A stretch of DNA of 63,981 bases, counting the filler, from an uncultured bacterium (GTDB taxonomy: Bacteria; CAYJOG01), in assembly GCA_964371695.1 (NCBI GenBank). It is 19 parts of 19 records of this genome, joined end to end, with 100 filler letters (N's around TTAATTAATTAA, not from the genome) between each part and the next. Parts side by side here need not be neighbours in the genome. Positions count along the whole stretch, not along the records: positions 58,387 to 61,614 come from CAYJOG010000402.1; positions 61,715 to 63,981 come from CAYJOG010000526.1; 17 more parts are not named here. One strand, 5' to 3'. The notes under the pieces were generated by a model. That model saw nothing but the letters and a program-made list of their open reading frames with translations, was not told the DNA's origin and searched no databases. The translations under genes were made by a program, and so were the position numbers. Below, piece by piece: positions 61,436 through 63,981 of this stretch (positions within the stretch are counted from its first letter, which is position 1; every line of letters starts with the position of its first letter).

Positions 61436-61477
61436 AGCATTCATATTTTGACATAGACAGGTGGCGGGGCCAGTCCT

Positions 61478-61605
61478 TGCCCTCTCCCTGAGGGAGAGGG
61501 CAGACCGTGACCGAACAAATGTGAGGTCACGAGCGGGTGAGGGGGAACAGGCTGGGCAAAAAGAATCAGACTTTTTTCAAAAGTTCTCTTTCCCCCTCAC
61601 CCGCC
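61478..61605. repeat. Family A pair truncated at contig end
   Basis: GCCCTCTCCCTGAGGGAGAGGGC-AGACCGTGACC..GGTCACG-GGGTGAGGGGG ... CCCCCTCACCC. Confidence 0.85.
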
Positions 61606-61967
61606 TCAGATTTCNNNNNNNNNNNNNNNNNNNNNNNNNNNNNNNNNNNNNNNNNNNNTTAATTAATTAANNNNNNNNNNNNNNNNNNNNNNNNNNNNNN
61701 NNNNNNNNNNNNNNCGCCTCAGCCGGAAGACAATCCATTTCAAGGGTTGAATTCCCAAAAGGCATCGTTTGTCTTCCGGCTGGGGCGCTCCCGTGGAGAC
61801 GAGGCGGGCAAAGCCCGCTGGGGTAGCCTCAACCTGTCAGGAACCGCCACACAAGGTGGGTCCGGGAGGGCCGCCGCCCTCCCGGCAGGGGCACGGGGAC
61901 AGAGTCCCCGTAAAACCGACAAGCGAAAAATTCAGCCATGGGTTTTTCAGGGTGTTTGCTCCCCCGC

Positions 61968-63335
61968 CTACCCTTCCTCCTCACCCTTTCCCAGGCCGTG
62001 TTTGTTCAGGTAATAGGTCAGGTTGCGCTGGCTGATCTGCAACAGTTCGGCGGCTTTTTTCTTGATGCCGCCCGACTGGCGCAGGGCGTTGAGCACCTCG
62101 GATTTTTCAAAGGCCTCCACCCGCTCGGTGATGCTTTTGTCCTCCGTCCCCGACGGGGCTGTTCCGGCGGACTGGGGAATCAGATAACGGAAGAGGTCTT
62201 CGCCCAGCACGTCTTCTTTGCCCAGCACCAGGGCGCGTTCCAGCACGTTTTCCAGTTCCCGCACGTTGCCGGGCCAGGCATAGGCCCTGAAGATGGCCAT
62301 GGCCGCAGAGCTGACCGGCCTGGGCGGCCTGCCCACCCGGTGGCTGATGCGCTCCAGCAGGTCACGCACCAGCACCTCCATATCTCCCAGTCGGTCTTTG
62401 AGCGAGGGGATTTCGATGTGAAACACGTTCAGGCGGTAAAAAAGGTCTTCGCGGAACAAGCCCGCCGCCACCATCTCGCCCAGGTCGCGGTTGGTGGCCG
62501 CCAGCAGCCGCACATCCACCCGCACCGGGCGGTCGGCCCCCACGGGTTTGATTTCGAGATGTTCCACCGCCCGCAGCAGCTTGGGTTGCAGACTGAGGGG
62601 CAGTTCGCCCACTTCATCCAGAAACAGTGTGCCTCCCTGGGCCATCTGGAACTGGCCGGGGGTGTCCACGGCGTCGGTGAAGCCGCCCTTGCGGGTGCCG
62701 AACAGTTCCGACTCCATCAGGTTCGCGGGAATCGCCGCGCAGTTCACCGCCACAAACGGCCCCTGGGCCACGGCGGAATGGTGATGCAGATAACGGGCCA
62801 GCACCTCTTTGCCCGCACCGCTGGGGCCAGTGAGCAGCACCGTGGCGCGGGTGGCGGCCACGTCCTTGGCCGCGCCCAGCACGCGGGACATGGCCTGGCT
62901 CTCTCCCACCGGTTCGCGGGTTTTCAGCCGGTCCAGGTCTCGCTCCAGCACCGAGGTTTTGCGGCGCAGTTCGCTCACCTCCAGCGCCCGGCGCACGCTG
63001 CTATACATGTCTTCCATTTCAAAAGGTTTCAGCAGGTAGTCATACACCCCCGCCCGCATGGCCCCCACCGCCATCTCCACCGTGCCATAGGCGGTCATGA
63101 TGATCACCTTGAGTGCGGGATGGCGGGCCAGGGCCTCTGCCGCCCAGGTGGCGCCATCCATGCGCGGCATTTTCATGTCCGCCACCGCCACAGCATAGGT
63201 TTCTTCGCCAAGGGCCTGAAGCGCCAGCAGGGGGTCCGTGAAGGCGTCCACCGCAAGCCCGCGTTTTTTGAGATAACGCGAAAGCAGGTCGATGATTTTT
63301 TCCTCGTCGTCCAGCAGCAGGATGCGCTCAGACAT
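61968..63335 (-). CDS. Sigma-54-dependent response regulator (NtrC family)
   Basis: Receiver domain (DDE, DMKMP, KP), GPSGAGKE, ESELFG, LFLDEVGE, WPGNVREL and Fis-type HTH. Confidence 0.95.
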   Translation of the reverse strand: MSERILLLDDEEKIIDLLSRYLKKRGLAVDAFTDPLLALQALGEETYAVAVADMKMPRMDGATWAAEALARHPALKVIIMTAYGTVEMAVGAMRAGVYDYLLKPFEMEDMYSSVRRALEVSELRRKTSVLERDLDRLKTREPVGESQAMSRVLGAAKDVAATRATVLLTGPSGAGKEVLARYLHHHSAVAQGPFVAVNCAAIPANLMESELFGTRKGGFTDAVDTPGQFQMAQGGTLFLDEVGELPLSLQPKLLRAVEHLEIKPVGADRPVRVDVRLLAATNRDLGEMVAAGLFREDLFYRLNVFHIEIPSLKDRLGDMEVLVRDLLERISHRVGRPPRPVSSAAMAIFRAYAWPGNVRELENVLERALVLGKEDVLGEDLFRYLIPQSAGTAPSGTEDKSITERVEAFEKSEVLNALRQSGGIKKKAAELLQISQRNLTYYLNKHGLGKGEEEG

Positions 63336-63981
63336 AAAGCGCCCCCTGGGCCGTGACCGGCGGCGTGAAATGCACTGGGAACACCACATGGAATGTGGTG
63401 CCCTGACCCAACTGGCTGGTGACAAACACCTTGCAGCCGTGGGCGTCCAGAATCCGCTGCGTCACACTCAGCCCCAGGCCCATGCCCTTTTCGCGCAGGG
63501 TGAAAAACGGGTTGAAGATGCGGTGCAGATCCCCCTGGGCAATGCCCACACCGTTGTCGCGGACTTCGACAAAAGGGGCGTTGTCCTCGGCCTCGCGGCC
63601 CGACTGCACCCATATCTGGCCGGTTTCAGGAATCGCCTCCACGGCGTTGAGCAGCAGGTTGAAAAACGCCTGCTTCAAAAACATGGCGTCGCCCGTCACC
63701 GTAAGGCTCTCAGGCCCGGAGAAATGCAGCGCGATTCTCTTTTTGCTTCCCGCCACCATCACCCGCGCCTGATCCACCGTTTCGCGGAGAGGCTCATGCA
63801 CATTCATGCTGTCAAACGACATGGATTCGGGTTTGGCGAAGTCCAGCAGCGCCGTGAGCAGGCCGCCCATCCGGTTCACCTCGCCCCCGATGTATTCCGC
63901 CAGTTCGCTGCTTTCTTCTGCGTCAGCACCATCGCGGATGAGTTCGGCGGCGCTCGTGATGATGAGCAGCGGGTTGCGCAG
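63328..63981 (-). CDS. Sensor histidine kinase (5' part outside window)
   Basis: LRNPL H-box tail, NLLLNA, DNGVGI, FNPFFT and GMGLGL motifs. Confidence 0.93.
   Translation of the reverse strand: MRNPLLIITSAAELIRDGADAEESSELAEYIGGEVNRMGGLLTALLDFAKPESMSFDSMNVHEPLRETVDQARVMVAGSKKRIALHFSGPESLTVTGDAMFLKQAFFNLLLNAVEAIPETGQIWVQSGREAEDNAPFVEVRDNGVGIAQGDLHRIFNPFFTLREKGMGLGLSVTQRILDAHGCKVFVTSQLGQGTTFHVVFPVHFTPPVTAQGALYV

Noticed and set aside
62660-62720. GGFTDA instead of GAFTGA in the sigma-54 activator
   Set aside because: The key F-T residues are retained and such variants are common.

Overview
This is not one locus. It is 19 short contigs (about 3.2-3.4 kb each, in decreasing length order) joined by 18 artificial 100-nt spacers (N44-TTAATTAATTAA-N44). 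That layout is typical of the small-contig tail of a draft or metagenome-assembled genome, so gene neighbourhood is meaningful only within a contig. The source is a GC-rich bacterium, probably diderm (lnt) and possibly flagellated (FliD-like and YvyF-like genes). Most genes are housekeeping: pgi, cobB, murD-ftsW-murG, holA, crcB, purH, purL, recJ, map-infA-rpmJ-rpsM-rpsK-rpsD-rpoA, glgC, znuACB-like, dnaJ-hspR-degP, lnt, grxD, ligA, galK and an NtrC-type two-component pair. Most notable: (1) a nitrite oxidoreductase (NXR)/periplasmic nitrate reductase alpha+beta pair; (2) a ferredoxin-DmsC fusion coupled to a NasA/NarB-type nitrate reductase behind a long, structured, probably regulated leader; (3) a LexA lacking its catalytic serine, bracketed by two MITE-like elements that share a five-hairpin architecture despite different stem sequences; (4) several dense families of palindromic intergenic repeats. 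No rRNA, tRNA, CRISPR array, transposase or integrase was seen.
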